A DNA stretch of 64,000 nt from Acidobacteriota bacterium. GTDB lineage: Bacteria; Acidobacteriota; UBA6911; RPQK01; JAJDTT01. Shown piece after piece: positions 41,689 through 51,534 of the stretch (position 1 is the first letter of the stretch; every line of letters begins with the position of its first letter). A program made the translations under genes and the position numbers. The DNA lies in the NCBI GenBank assembly GCA_965263035.1, contig OZ253580.1, positions 4,224,001 through 4,288,000 on the forward strand. The letters are read 5' to 3'. The notes under the pieces were generated by a model. That model made no database searches. It was not told the origin of the DNA and saw only the letters and a program-made list of their open reading frames with translations.

Positions 41689-43725
41689 ATGAACGGTAAC
41701 CCGACAAGTCTCATGAATACGTCCTCACAACAAATGCCGAGACTCCCCTATACCGTCCTGAAGATCTGCCTCTGTCTGTCCTGGATGATCGTCCTGCAGG
41801 CCCAGAGCACCAGCCGTCAGCTCACGCCCCTTTTGGAACGGGAAACCCTGGAGCCGGGGTTGCTTCATCACCTGCTCGGAGAATACCTGCTGTCCCGTTC
41901 TCCACAATTGCCTCCACTCCCCAACCGTGCGGAAGAATGGACAGCTCAAGCAAACGACACCCGACGGAAGCTGCTCCGGGACGTCGTCTATCGCGGCTGG
42001 CCCGGGGACTGGGTGGAAGCCCCGCTCCGTTTCCGTGAGGTCGGTCCGCCGCAAGAACACCGCGGCTACCGCCTCCGAAAGCTCCTGCTGCAAATCTTGC
42101 CCGGCCTCCAGATCCCAGCACTCCTCTACGAACCGACGGGAGACCGGCGTCCCCTGCCGGCGGTTCTGAATGTGAACGGCCACGTCCGAGGCCCCGGCAA
42201 GTCCGTCGAGTACAAGCAGAAAAGGTGCATCAGCCTGGCCCGCCGCGGCGTGCTGGCGCTGAATCTGGAATGGCTGGCCTGCGGCGAGCTGTCCCATCCC
42301 GAGAACCAGCACTGGTTCGGCGCTCATCTGGACCTGGTGGGAGCCAACGCCATCGGACTCTTCTACCTGGCCATGCGCAAGGGGCTCGACTACCTGGAGC
42401 GGCATCCCCGGGCCGATCCCAAGCGTCTGGCCGTCACCGGACTCTCGGGCGGCGGTTGGCAGACCATCATCCTCTCCTCCCTGGATGAGCGGGTGGCGGT
42501 GGCCGTGCCGGTGGCCGGCTACTCCGCCCTGATCTCGAGAGTCGAACGGCCGCAGGACACGGGGGACATCGAGCAGAACGCCACCGACCTGCTCCGGGGT
42601 CAGGACTACTCGACGTTGACCGCCATGCGGGCGCCCAAGCCGACTCTGCTGATCTACAACGCCGAGGACGAATGCTGCTTCCGGGCTCCCTTGGTCCGGC
42701 CCTACATCTACGACGACGTCAAGCCCTTCTTTGGCCTCTTCGGAAAGGGAGACCATCTGGGCTGGCATGAAAACACCGACCCCTCGACCCACAACTATCA
42801 ACTGGACAACCGGCTTCAAGCCTACCGGCATCTGTCCCGGCATTTTGTCCTCGGGCCCTGGGACCGGGAGGATCCCGTCGATCGGGAGATTCAGAGCTAT
42901 GAGGATTTGGTGGTCGGTCTCCCGGAGGACAATCTCACCATCCTGGGAGTGGCGCGCCAGTTGGCCGACAGGAAGCTGCGGGAAGCGGACCCGGAGGAAG
43001 GTCGGGCGGTCGAAGACCTCGAGGACCGCAGGGCAAGACTTCGATCGCTGGTGCGTTTCCAGCCGGTGGCAGTCAAGCATGGGTGGGCGCTCCACAACAC
43101 CAAGAATCGGGGGGTGGAATCGTATTCTTATCGAATCCACTTCAGCGACGGACTCGTTGCATCCGCTCTCTGGGGGAAGGGAATCGCCACTGGGGACGGG
43201 GCTCCAGCCTCGATCCTGCTTCTGGACGAGGGCAAGGCGAAGGCGGGCCAACGAGCCTCGGACCGGATCAACCGGGGGGAGCAGGTGCTGGTGGTGGACC
43301 TGATTTTGACCGGGGAAGCGCAGCCCCGGAGGAGGAACGCGTCGGACTCCCACCGCTACGCCCAACTCCTGGCCACGGTGGGGGACCGCCCGCTGGGCAT
43401 TCGAACTTCACATCTGTTGGCCCTGGCCAAATGGCTCAAAGACCATCGCGCCGCGCCGGAGGTCCGAGTCGAAGCCCAGGGTTTCCGGAGCCAGGTCGTG
43501 GCCCTGCTCGGCGCAGCGCTCGAACCCACGGCCTTTTCGGAGGTCAGGGTCGAGATGGGCATGAAGAGCCTAAGCCACCTGCTGGCCAAGCCGGTCCGCT
43601 ACAGCGAGGCTCCGGAACTGTTCTGTCTCGGGCTGTTTCCTGAGTTCGATATGGAGCGCCTGGTTCTCTTGGCCCGGCCCACCCCGGTGGAGCAGCGCTT
43701 CCAGGCGGAGAATTCCGGAGATTGA
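41689..43725 (+). CDS. Alpha/beta hydrolase (acetylxylan esterase-like), copy 2
   Basis: Near-identical protein to 37305-39341. Confidence 0.8.
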   Translation: MNGNPTSLMNTSSQQMPRLPYTVLKICLCLSWMIVLQAQSTSRQLTPLLERETLEPGLLHHLLGEYLLSRSPQLPPLPNRAEEWTAQANDTRRKLLRDVVYRGWPGDWVEAPLRFREVGPPQEHRGYRLRKLLLQILPGLQIPALLYEPTGDRRPLPAVLNVNGHVRGPGKSVEYKQKRCISLARRGVLALNLEWLACGELSHPENQHWFGAHLDLVGANAIGLFYLAMRKGLDYLERHPRADPKRLAVTGLSGGGWQTIILSSLDERVAVAVPVAGYSALISRVERPQDTGDIEQNATDLLRGQDYSTLTAMRAPKPTLLIYNAEDECCFRAPLVRPYIYDDVKPFFGLFGKGDHLGWHENTDPSTHNYQLDNRLQAYRHLSRHFVLGPWDREDPVDREIQSYEDLVVGLPEDNLTILGVARQLADRKLREADPEEGRAVEDLEDRRARLRSLVRFQPVAVKHGWALHNTKNRGVESYSYRIHFSDGLVASALWGKGIATGDGAPASILLLDEGKAKAGQRASDRINRGEQVLVVDLILTGEAQPRRRNASDSHRYAQLLATVGDRPLGIRTSHLLALAKWLKDHRAAPEVRVEAQGFRSQVVALLGAALEPTAFSEVRVEMGMKSLSHLLAKPVRYSEAPELFCLGLFPEFDMERLVLLARPTPVEQRFQAENSGD

Positions 43726-43808
43726 GACACGCGGGACCTTCCTGCGGTGAGACTTTTCCGGTGGAGTCGGCGGCCGGGCGTCTGGTGGATGAAACTCTGG
43801 CTAAAGGT

Positions 43809-43978
43809 CTACCCGCGCCCCTTCACCACCGGCCGCATGGCGCTGATGTGCTCGGGACCCGAAGCGCAGCACCCTCCGATAATCCGGGCTCCCATCCGTT
43901 TCCAGCTCAGGGCGAACTCGGCCATCCGTGAGGGAGTGTATTCGGCGTTCTGCAGAACGTCCGGACCCGAGCTGGACT
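43809..43978 (-). pseudogene. 3' fragment of the homocysteine methyltransferase gene
   Basis: Diverged match to ~47650-47818; truncated at a family 2 repeat. Confidence 0.8.
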
Positions 43979-44199
43979 TCTCAGAGAAGGTGACTGTCCC
44001 CTTCTCACGCCCGTCCTAGGACCTGGACGCACACCGCGCCCGGCGGGACCCGGTGCTGGCGGCACAGCCGTCGGCAGGCTCAAACAAAAGCTAGTTCATT
44101 TTCCGTGAGATGAACTAGACTTGGATCAGGAAGCAACGACCCCTTTCCCGGTCCAGAAGAAGCTGACGATCTTACTTGGATACTCGCACTGAGGAGACG

Positions 44200-45468
44200 A
44201 TGTCACTCGCAATTCGCAAAGCGATACGATCAGTCGCCGCGAACACGATGCTCGTGCGTGAACGCTGGGAGAGCGGTGTCGCATACAATCCGTTGTCGAG
44301 CAGCACCGCTCAGGATCCCTATCCCGTCTACGCGGCGCTACGCGAGCGGGACCCAGTGCACCGGAGCCGCCTGATGAATGCCTGGGTGTTCACGCGCCAC
44401 GCGGACGTGGAAACCATCCTGCGCGACCACAGGCGCTTCAGCAACGATCCACGCAAAGGCAACCTTACGCGCCGCCAGCGCGTCCAACTGCCGCCGGACG
44501 ACGATCTCAGCATGCTGTTCCTGGATCCACCGGACCACAAGCGTCTGCGGGGGCTTGTCAATAAAGCGTTCACGCCAAGGGCGGTGAACGCACTGGAGCC
44601 ACACATCCGAAGTCTTCTCGGGGCCTTGTTGGATGACATCGACGACCCCGCCGGCTTCGATCTCATGGTGGCGGTGGCCCAGCCGCTGCCCGTGATCGTC
44701 ATCGCCGAGATGCTGGGCGTGCCGCCAAAGGACCGCGCCCAATTCAAGATCTGGTCGGACCAGCGTGCGCGCCTTCTGGAGCCGACGATTGACTCCCATG
44801 ACCGCGAGGTCGCCGAGGCCACCTCCAGGACGTTCGATGACTATTTCCGGCCGATCATCAAGGAGTGCCGGGTGGCGCCCCAGGACAACATCGTGAGCGC
44901 GTTGGTCCAAGCGGAGGACGACGGCAACCAGCTGACTGAGCGCGAAACGTTGAACATGCTGCGCCTGCTCTTGATTGCAGGCAACGAAACCACTACCAAC
45001 ATGATTGGCAACAGCATGCTGGCCCTTTTACGTCATCCGGATCAGCTTCAACAACTTAGGGAGAATCCGAGCTTGGTTCCGGCGGCGGTTGAGGAGCTGC
45101 TACGCTTCGACTCACCGGTCCAGATGAGTATGCGGCGCCCGCTCAAGGACTGCGAAGTGAACGGTTTCCCCGTGCGTGAGCGCGAGAATATCGTCGTCCT
45201 GCTCGGCGCGGCCAACCGGGATCCGGATGTATTCGAAAATCCTGATTGGCTCGATTTCGAGCGAAGGGAAGGCAACCACTTGGCATTCGGCCGCGGCATC
45301 CATCATTGCCTGGGCGCCCCTCTGGCGCGTCTCGAAGGCCGGATCGTTCTGGAGACGTTGCTCGAACGCTTCCCGCAGATTAGCCTTCTCACCGAGCGAC
45401 CGCGCTTTCGCAATAGCATCGTGTTGCGCGGCCTTGAATCTCTGCCGCTTTACTGCGTAAGGGCCTGA
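44200..45468 (+). CDS. Cytochrome P450
   Basis: DPPDH.RLR, AGNETT, EELLR, FGRGIHHCLG; RBS GAGGAG. Confidence 0.95.
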   Translation: MSLAIRKAIRSVAANTMLVRERWESGVAYNPLSSSTAQDPYPVYAALRERDPVHRSRLMNAWVFTRHADVETILRDHRRFSNDPRKGNLTRRQRVQLPPDDDLSMLFLDPPDHKRLRGLVNKAFTPRAVNALEPHIRSLLGALLDDIDDPAGFDLMVAVAQPLPVIVIAEMLGVPPKDRAQFKIWSDQRARLLEPTIDSHDREVAEATSRTFDDYFRPIIKECRVAPQDNIVSALVQAEDDGNQLTERETLNMLRLLLIAGNETTTNMIGNSMLALLRHPDQLQQLRENPSLVPAAVEELLRFDSPVQMSMRRPLKDCEVNGFPVRERENIVVLLGAANRDPDVFENPDWLDFERREGNHLAFGRGIHHCLGAPLARLEGRIVLETLLERFPQISLLTERPRFRNSIVLRGLESLPLYCVRA

Positions 45469-45757
45469 GCGCCGCCCCTGCCCCTTCTCTCGGGGCGCAC
45501 AGATCAGTTGCGACCTGCCCGCAAAACGGTCCAGAAGAAGATGGCCAGACGCCCCTAGGAAGGGGTCAGACTAGAATAAGATCAACTTATCGTAGTCTGA
45601 AGAACAACTCTGAACCCCCGATTCTCGGCTCCGACCGCGGTCCTGAGCCGTCCCCTTCTAGTCCAACCCGGTGAGCCCATTTCGGCGAGAAAATCACATT
45701 TCCTGATGTGGAGTCGCCGACGAGTGGCGGAGTCACTCCAAGGCAAAAGGAGGTGTC

Positions 45758-46345
45758 GTGATGATGATCCCACCGATGAAATCCTGCCGAATCCAAGTCT
45801 TTGCGTTGGTCCTGGCCGGACTGATCGGACAGCCGGCGCTCGCGGAAGTGATCCCAGGACGCTGGGAGAAGGTGTCCGATCTGGAGTTGAGAACGTCCAT
45901 CACGGTGGAGCTCAAGAACGGGGATCAAGTCGAAGGGCGCTTTAATGGCCTGTCTGCCTCAGAGTTAGAACTTGAGACCCACTCCGCTCGCGCGATGATT
46001 CCGAAAGCCGATATCCAGATGATTACAGCTCCGGCGAAGGACGGTCTGGCCGAGGGAGCCGTAATTGGAACCGCGATCGGAACGGGTTTCGTGGGCGTAG
46101 TAGCTGCGACGTCCGGTCTTAGGAAGGGCCTCGATACCAGTGCAAAAGGAGCGTTGGTGTTCGCCCTCTTTGCAGTGGGAGTTGGAGCCGCACTAGGTAT
46201 AGCTGCCGATGCATCCACAAAGACCGACGACATCGTGGTCTACTTGGCGCCCGGAACTCCTCGGCGTCCCAAGCACGGAGATTCGGAGTGGTGGCCACCA
46301 GAGCCGCCACCGATCAAGGCAGAAGAGCCTGAGGATTCAGAATGA
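45758..46345 (+). CDS. Hypothetical exported/membrane protein
   Basis: RBS AGGAGGTG, signal peptide, glycine-rich TM segments. Confidence 0.7.
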   Translation: MMMIPPMKSCRIQVFALVLAGLIGQPALAEVIPGRWEKVSDLELRTSITVELKNGDQVEGRFNGLSASELELETHSARAMIPKADIQMITAPAKDGLAEGAVIGTAIGTGFVGVVAATSGLRKGLDTSAKGALVFALFAVGVGAALGIAADASTKTDDIVVYLAPGTPRRPKHGDSEWWPPEPPPIKAEEPEDSE

Positions 46346-46502
46346 CAGGGAATGGGATCTCCTCTGACCGATTAGTCCGCGTCACCTTGGACGAATGGAA
46401 GCAGCCCCTGATTTTCTCGCTACTCCCAGCAGGACCACGTCTTCGTACAGTACAGAGAAGGTGACTGTCCCCTTCTCACGTCGTGTCATAGTGCAATCTC
46501 TT

Positions 46503-46925
46503 TCAGGGAGCCATAAGTACTAGCATGACTACAATGATCGTGGTTGTGATCGTGCCGTGAAACAAACAGAGCGTACGCGACCAGGCTACGCTCCACGTTG
46601 TTCCCACGTTAAACGGGTGAGTGTTCATCGAGAAATCGACCGTTCCATCCTTAGTGTCTCGAACGTGGTCGTAGAGCTTCCGAAATAGGCGCTCTTGGCG
46701 CAGGAAATACGCATCCAGTGCCCAAAACATGACCGCCGGAAGGTACGCCACGTAAACAAAGAACCCGTTGGCATCGGCAGCGGCGAGGGCGAACAGTGCA
46801 GTCACCAATGTGACGGTCCAGCCTTTGACCATGAAAGAGTTTCCAGCCATACGTGTGATGACAGCTTGGATCATCTGGAGGTGTGCGATCTTGGTTTCTG
46901 CGCCGTTACCCATGTTCGGATTCAT
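46503..46925 (-). CDS. Small membrane protein (HL.MIQ.VI.RMA.NSF..KGW type)
   Basis: Three hydrophobic helices, FWALDAYFLRQERLFR.LY; lower GC; start 46925 or 46913. Confidence 0.75.
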   Translation of the reverse strand: MNPNMGNGAETKIAHLQMIQAVITRMAGNSFMVKGWTVTLVTALFALAAADANGFFVYVAYLPAVMFWALDAYFLRQERLFRKLYDHVRDTKDGTVDFSMNTHPFNVGTTWSVAWSRTLCLFHGTITTTIIVVMLVLMAP

Positions 46926-47221
46926 CAACAGAAAACCTACCTGATATCCTGCACGATAATCCGTCCCACGCCTTAGGGTACAACAATTAGCTTTATTGGA
47001 CCCTGACGGTCTTCCCCCTGGTGGCCTCCAGTTCCCCGCGCCTAGACCTGCTGCCGCCGTCCGGGTTCGGATTCCGGAGGGCTTGGTCCTCGCGCCCGTG
47101 CTCACGCACTCACGCCCGTGCTCACGCACTCAGAGAAAGCGACTGTCCCCTTCTCAGTCCCCTTGCTTGATAAGAAAGGAGAGAAGGTGACTGTCCCCTT
47201 CTCACGCGGTCCCCTTCTCGC

Positions 47222-47634
47222 TGGGCAAGGGTAGGGTGAAGGCAGGATCGCCGGCCTCGGATCGGATCAACCGCCGGGAGCAAGTGGTGGTGGACCTGAT
47301 CCTGATCGGGGAAGCGCAGCCACGAAGGAGGAATGCATCGGACTCGCACCGCTACGCCCAGCTCCTGGCCACGGTGAGGGACCGCCCGCTGGGCATTCGA
47401 ACTTCGGATCTATTTGCCCTGGCCAAATGGCTCAAAGACCATCACGCCGCGCCGGAGATCCGGGTCGAAGCCCAGGGTTTCCGGAGTCAGGTCGTGGCTC
47501 TGCTGGGCGTTGCGGTGGACCCAACGGCATTATCGGAGGTCAGGATCGAGAAGGGCATGAAAGATCTTACCTGCCTGCTGGCCGAACCGGTCCGGGTGGA
47601 GCCGCGCTTCGATTCAGAGGATTCCGAAGACTGA
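47222..47634 (+). pseudogene. Third, 3'-only and internally deleted copy of the esterase gene
   Basis: Matches ~43225-43725; lacks the YSEAPELF...RPT segment. Confidence 0.85.
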
Positions 47635-47645
47635 GGCTCCGGCGA

Positions 47646-48635
47646 TCAAGTCACGCCGTGCCCTTTGACCACCGGCCGCATGGCGCTGATGTGCTCGGGC
47701 CCCGAGGCGCAGCAACCGCCGATTATCTGGGCTCCCATCCGCTTCCAGTTCAGGGCGAAGTCGGCCATCCGCGAGGGCGTGTATTCGGCGTTCTGCAGAA
47801 TATCGGGACCCGAGCTGACCTTCTGGTTGGTCAGCATGGGGTGGTTGACCAAGGGCCCGGTTGGGTTGTACCCGAGGTTGGCGTAGGCGCCGATGGGACC
47901 GGAGAAAGCGTTCCGGAGCCGGGGCAATCCGACGGAGATCGCCTCCGGGCTGCTGCACATCAGTAGGATCGCCCCCACTGGGCGTCCCTCCAGAGCCTCA
48001 GCCAAGTCTTCCAGCAGCTCGCCGTATTGCATGGTTCCGTCCGGTCGGATATGCCGAATGCCCAGACACACCGTGGCTCCTGTCTGGGAACAGGCGTCAA
48101 CGGCGGTCAGGCAATCCTCGATGAAGCCCATGTATTCGGCCTGGATCAAGTCCACCCCCATCTCGACCAGGAGACTGGCGTGTTCCGCCCACTCGCGGAA
48201 GCAGGCCTCCCGTCCCATCTGCCGGGTGTCGGACGCCGGAGTCGATTCCGGCGGTCCCTGGAGAGTGGGAGCCGCGATGCCGCCGGCCACGTAGGCCGCT
48301 GGGTTGAGCTTGTTCCGGGCCTTGAGCGCATTTTCGGCGGCCGCCCGTGCGTAACGTCTCCACTCCCCGCCCAACCCGCACCGCTCCAGCCGGGTGGGCC
48401 CCGTCCAGAAGTTGTTGCTGATGATGATGTCGGCCCCGACGCGCAGGTAGTCCTGATGGACCTGTTGCACGACGTCGGCGAATTCGACGTTCGCGGTCGC
48501 CGACCAGGCCTTCAGGCCGTCCGTCGCTCCCAGAAGGACATCGACGCCGCGCCTTTGCAGCTCGGAGCCGGTACCGCCGTCGAGCAGCAGTGTCCGGCCG
48601 TCGTTGAGTCGGTCCAGGATGTGTGGTCTGGGCAT
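47646..48635 (-). CDS. Homocysteine S-methyltransferase family protein
   Basis: LLDGGTGSEL, H.DYL..GADII, MCSSP, IIGGCC. Confidence 0.9.
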   Translation of the reverse strand: MPRPHILDRLNDGRTLLLDGGTGSELQRRGVDVLLGATDGLKAWSATANVEFADVVQQVHQDYLRVGADIIISNNFWTGPTRLERCGLGGEWRRYARAAAENALKARNKLNPAAYVAGGIAAPTLQGPPESTPASDTRQMGREACFREWAEHASLLVEMGVDLIQAEYMGFIEDCLTAVDACSQTGATVCLGIRHIRPDGTMQYGELLEDLAEALEGRPVGAILLMCSSPEAISVGLPRLRNAFSGPIGAYANLGYNPTGPLVNHPMLTNQKVSSGPDILQNAEYTPSRMADFALNWKRMGAQIIGGCCASGPEHISAMRPVVKGHGVT

Positions 48636-48869
48636 CGATCGGGTTCCTCCTGCGGTTCAGGATCGACACGCCTCGGGCTGCATCGGAGATCCCGTCCCGG
48701 CCCCATCGGGAGCCAAAATACCACTACGGTCTCGAGCACGTCAGAGCGATCTGTTGCGGAGGCCCGTTCCTGCACTGTCGTCTCAGGGAGAGAAACTCGG
48801 GAGACTGCCCTTGCCCATTGGTGGCGGTTCTGCGGAATAATGGAACCCGCCAACCAGGAGAGAATCGCC

Positions 48870-51470
48870 ATGTGGATGCAGCGGCCGGTGACGGAATGCC
48901 TTTTGGGGATCGGAGTTTTCCTCGGGATTGGGGCCATGTTGAGTGCCGATGCCAACGCCCTTCCCCGCGCTCTCCTGCGCCAGGAGTTGGAGGGATCGCT
49001 CCGGAAGTGGATCGTGCGGGATCGCCAGGGCAACTACCTCCTCTTGTCGCCACGGCATGGTTCCGGAACCCGCGGCGGATTCTCTCTGCGGATGTCCCAG
49101 GGCTCGTCGCCTGAATCATTGCGCGACTTCGGACCGGCGTATGCTCTGGAACCGCTCTTGGAAGAGCGCGGTTTCCTCATCAGCGCCGGAATCACTCTGG
49201 ATCGCCAGGATCGCATCCACATGGTCTGGAGCACCGTGACCGGACTCACCGGATACGCAGTCGTGGATTTTCCCGGCGCCGGCGGCACCGATCTGCTCTG
49301 GCAAAACCCCCAGACCAAATCTCCCGGAGCGCTGGTCCTGGCGGACGAGTACTCCAGGATCGGTGACATTGCGACGGCAGCGGACGGAAGCGTCTGGTTC
49401 ACCTGGACCGAGTCGATATCGGATCACCAGGCGTCGATCCAACTGGGCCGCGTCCATGACGGCGGTTTGTCGTCTTGGCGCATCGCCCACGGCGATGGCC
49501 TCTTTCCGGCCAGCCTTTTCCTGGACGGGCAGGAGCGTTTCCATCTGGGATGGCACGACATCTACGAGGAGTCGTACTACGCTTCGGGGCGGCTGGACCA
49601 ATTGGACGACCCCAAAGCGGCGAGAGTCGTCCGCCTGCAGAGCCGCGCCTTCCAACCGATCCTGACCCGGACGCAAGGACGGACACTGGCCGTATACGAG
49701 GACACCTATTCCCACCTGGTGAGCGTTCTTCCCGAAGAGGCGCCGCCGCGGGCCGTGCCCCTGACCCGGTCCCGGCCACGCTTTGCCTGGCACACCTTTC
49801 ACTCGCCCCAATTCGCCCTGGACCGATATGGCATCGCCTGGTTGTTTTTCGTGGACAGCGCCCGCCAACATGTCTTTCGCACCCGGTGGCTGGGCCAGGG
49901 TTGGGGTCCCGTCCACAATACCGCCAAGCTGATCCGGAACTCGCCCCGCATGGAAGACAACCATCTCTCCATCGAACGTCTCGCGGTGGAGACGCGCATG
50001 GGCGAAGGGGAGCCGGGAATCAAGATTCTGGTGACCCATGGGGATCAACAGGCCCTTCGTTCCGTTTCCGTCCCCTCGCTGGCGGCGTCTCCCGGGAAGA
50101 AGGTTCTCTTCCTGGACCTGGCGGAGGTGCAGGCGTTGGAGAATCTCCGCCTGCGGGTGAACCCGGCGCAGAAACACCCCGGGAATCCCGTCATCCAGGC
50201 CGGCGAGGAGGGCGATCCGGATGTCCACGGAGCCGGGAACTTCCTGCGAGTATTGAAAGAAGAAAACGTCTATCGCATGTGGTATTCGACCATGCGGCGG
50301 GATCGCAGCCGTCCCTGGTGGGAGTGGTATGGAGTGGGCTATGCAGAGAGCAGGGACGGATACCACTTCCGGAAAAAGGAACTGGTCCGGAACACCCCCT
50401 ATGTCCCCATGGTGCTCAAGGACGCAAACGCTCGGAATCCCAACCGCCGCTACAAGCTCCTCAAATTCCCGACCCACGGCAGCCGGGCCCAGGAGGCGCG
50501 GGCCGGCCGCTACAATCCGTGGCAGGAGACCAACGCCGGAACCCTGTCGGTCTCGCGGGACGGGATCGACTGGATTCCCGAACCGGCAATCATGTTTTTT
50601 CCGGGGGGGCGGCCCTTTTCCCTCATGCCCCAGTCGGTCCTCTACGATCCGGAGGAGAGAGATCCCGATAAACGCTACAAGGCATACGGATTCTCGGCTC
50701 TGAACCTGGCTCGCCGAGGCGGCGGCTACGCCTACAGTCCGGACGCCTACCACTGGACCGCCCATCCCGACAACCCCATGCTCGATCCCTTTGCCCGTGC
50801 CATCCCCGTGGTCAGGGGCGGCAAGGTGGAACAGATTCACGACTGGGTGGTCTGGAAGGACGGAGACTACTACCTCTCTCTCTACCAATATCAGCACAAC
50901 GGCCGGGAGCTGGACCTGGAACTGGCGTTCAGCCGCGACGGCGAGAACTTCGTCTTCGTCGACCCGGGGCAGAAAGTGGTGCCGTCCGGCCCAGCCGAGG
51001 ATTGGGACTGCGACCATATCGCTCCCTCTCTGCCCCTGGTGGACGACCGCGAGATCAAGGTCTACTACGGAGCCATCTGCGGCGAGGGCACTCGTGGCGA
51101 AAGACGCTCGGGTGGAGTCGCGGTCCTGAGGCTCGACGGCTACACTCGCCTCGAACCGGAAGATCCCGGGAAGGGTGCGGTGTTGACCACGATCCCGGTG
51201 AGCCCGGCCGGGGCGTCCCACCTCCAGGTCAATGCGGATTGTGGCGAAGGAGGCTACCTTCAGGCCGAGTTGCTGGATGCCGGGAGTGGGATGCCGCTCC
51301 CCGGCTTCACCCGTTCCGACAGCGTCCCGTTTCGGAGCGATGCCGTATCCCACCGGATGAGTTGGACCGGAGGCAGGCGTCTATCCGACCTCGACCGAAG
51401 GTTTCAGGTGCGCTTTCATCTTGTCGGGTCCAACGGATTTCCAAGACTCTACTCCTTCAGCTTCAAGTAG
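48870..51470 (+). CDS. Secreted multi-domain beta-propeller protein
   Basis: RBS AGGAG + signal peptide; YAESRDG, R.DG. motifs in the C-terminal half. Confidence 0.7.
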   Translation: MWMQRPVTECLLGIGVFLGIGAMLSADANALPRALLRQELEGSLRKWIVRDRQGNYLLLSPRHGSGTRGGFSLRMSQGSSPESLRDFGPAYALEPLLEERGFLISAGITLDRQDRIHMVWSTVTGLTGYAVVDFPGAGGTDLLWQNPQTKSPGALVLADEYSRIGDIATAADGSVWFTWTESISDHQASIQLGRVHDGGLSSWRIAHGDGLFPASLFLDGQERFHLGWHDIYEESYYASGRLDQLDDPKAARVVRLQSRAFQPILTRTQGRTLAVYEDTYSHLVSVLPEEAPPRAVPLTRSRPRFAWHTFHSPQFALDRYGIAWLFFVDSARQHVFRTRWLGQGWGPVHNTAKLIRNSPRMEDNHLSIERLAVETRMGEGEPGIKILVTHGDQQALRSVSVPSLAASPGKKVLFLDLAEVQALENLRLRVNPAQKHPGNPVIQAGEEGDPDVHGAGNFLRVLKEENVYRMWYSTMRRDRSRPWWEWYGVGYAESRDGYHFRKKELVRNTPYVPMVLKDANARNPNRRYKLLKFPTHGSRAQEARAGRYNPWQETNAGTLSVSRDGIDWIPEPAIMFFPGGRPFSLMPQSVLYDPEERDPDKRYKAYGFSALNLARRGGGYAYSPDAYHWTAHPDNPMLDPFARAIPVVRGGKVEQIHDWVVWKDGDYYLSLYQYQHNGRELDLELAFSRDGENFVFVDPGQKVVPSGPAEDWDCDHIAPSLPLVDDREIKVYYGAICGEGTRGERRSGGVAVLRLDGYTRLEPEDPGKGAVLTTIPVSPAGASHLQVNADCGEGGYLQAELLDAGSGMPLPGFTRSDSVPFRSDAVSHRMSWTGGRRLSDLDRRFQVRFHLVGSNGFPRLYSFSFK

Positions 51471-51534
51471 ACCTCCCCGAATCCGGCTTCGTGATCCGGC
51501 CCGGTCAGAAAATGGGACTGGTATCCTTGCCCGC

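Larger units (their letters stand above)
39585..47204. repeat. Six co-oriented copies of palindromic repeat family 2 (AGAGAAGGTGACTGTCCCCTTCTCA)
   Basis: Copies at 39585, 39995, 43983, 46454, 47132, 47180. Confidence 0.9.

Noticed and set aside
47091-47132. Tandem 20-mer CGCCCGTGCTCACGCACTCA x2
   Set aside because: Only two units; likely a local slippage duplication.
39585-47204. Family 2 repeats as a CRISPR array or attC sites
   Set aside because: Spacing is irregular (tens of bp to kb), there are no cas or intI genes, and no RYYYAAC/GTTRRRY boxes.
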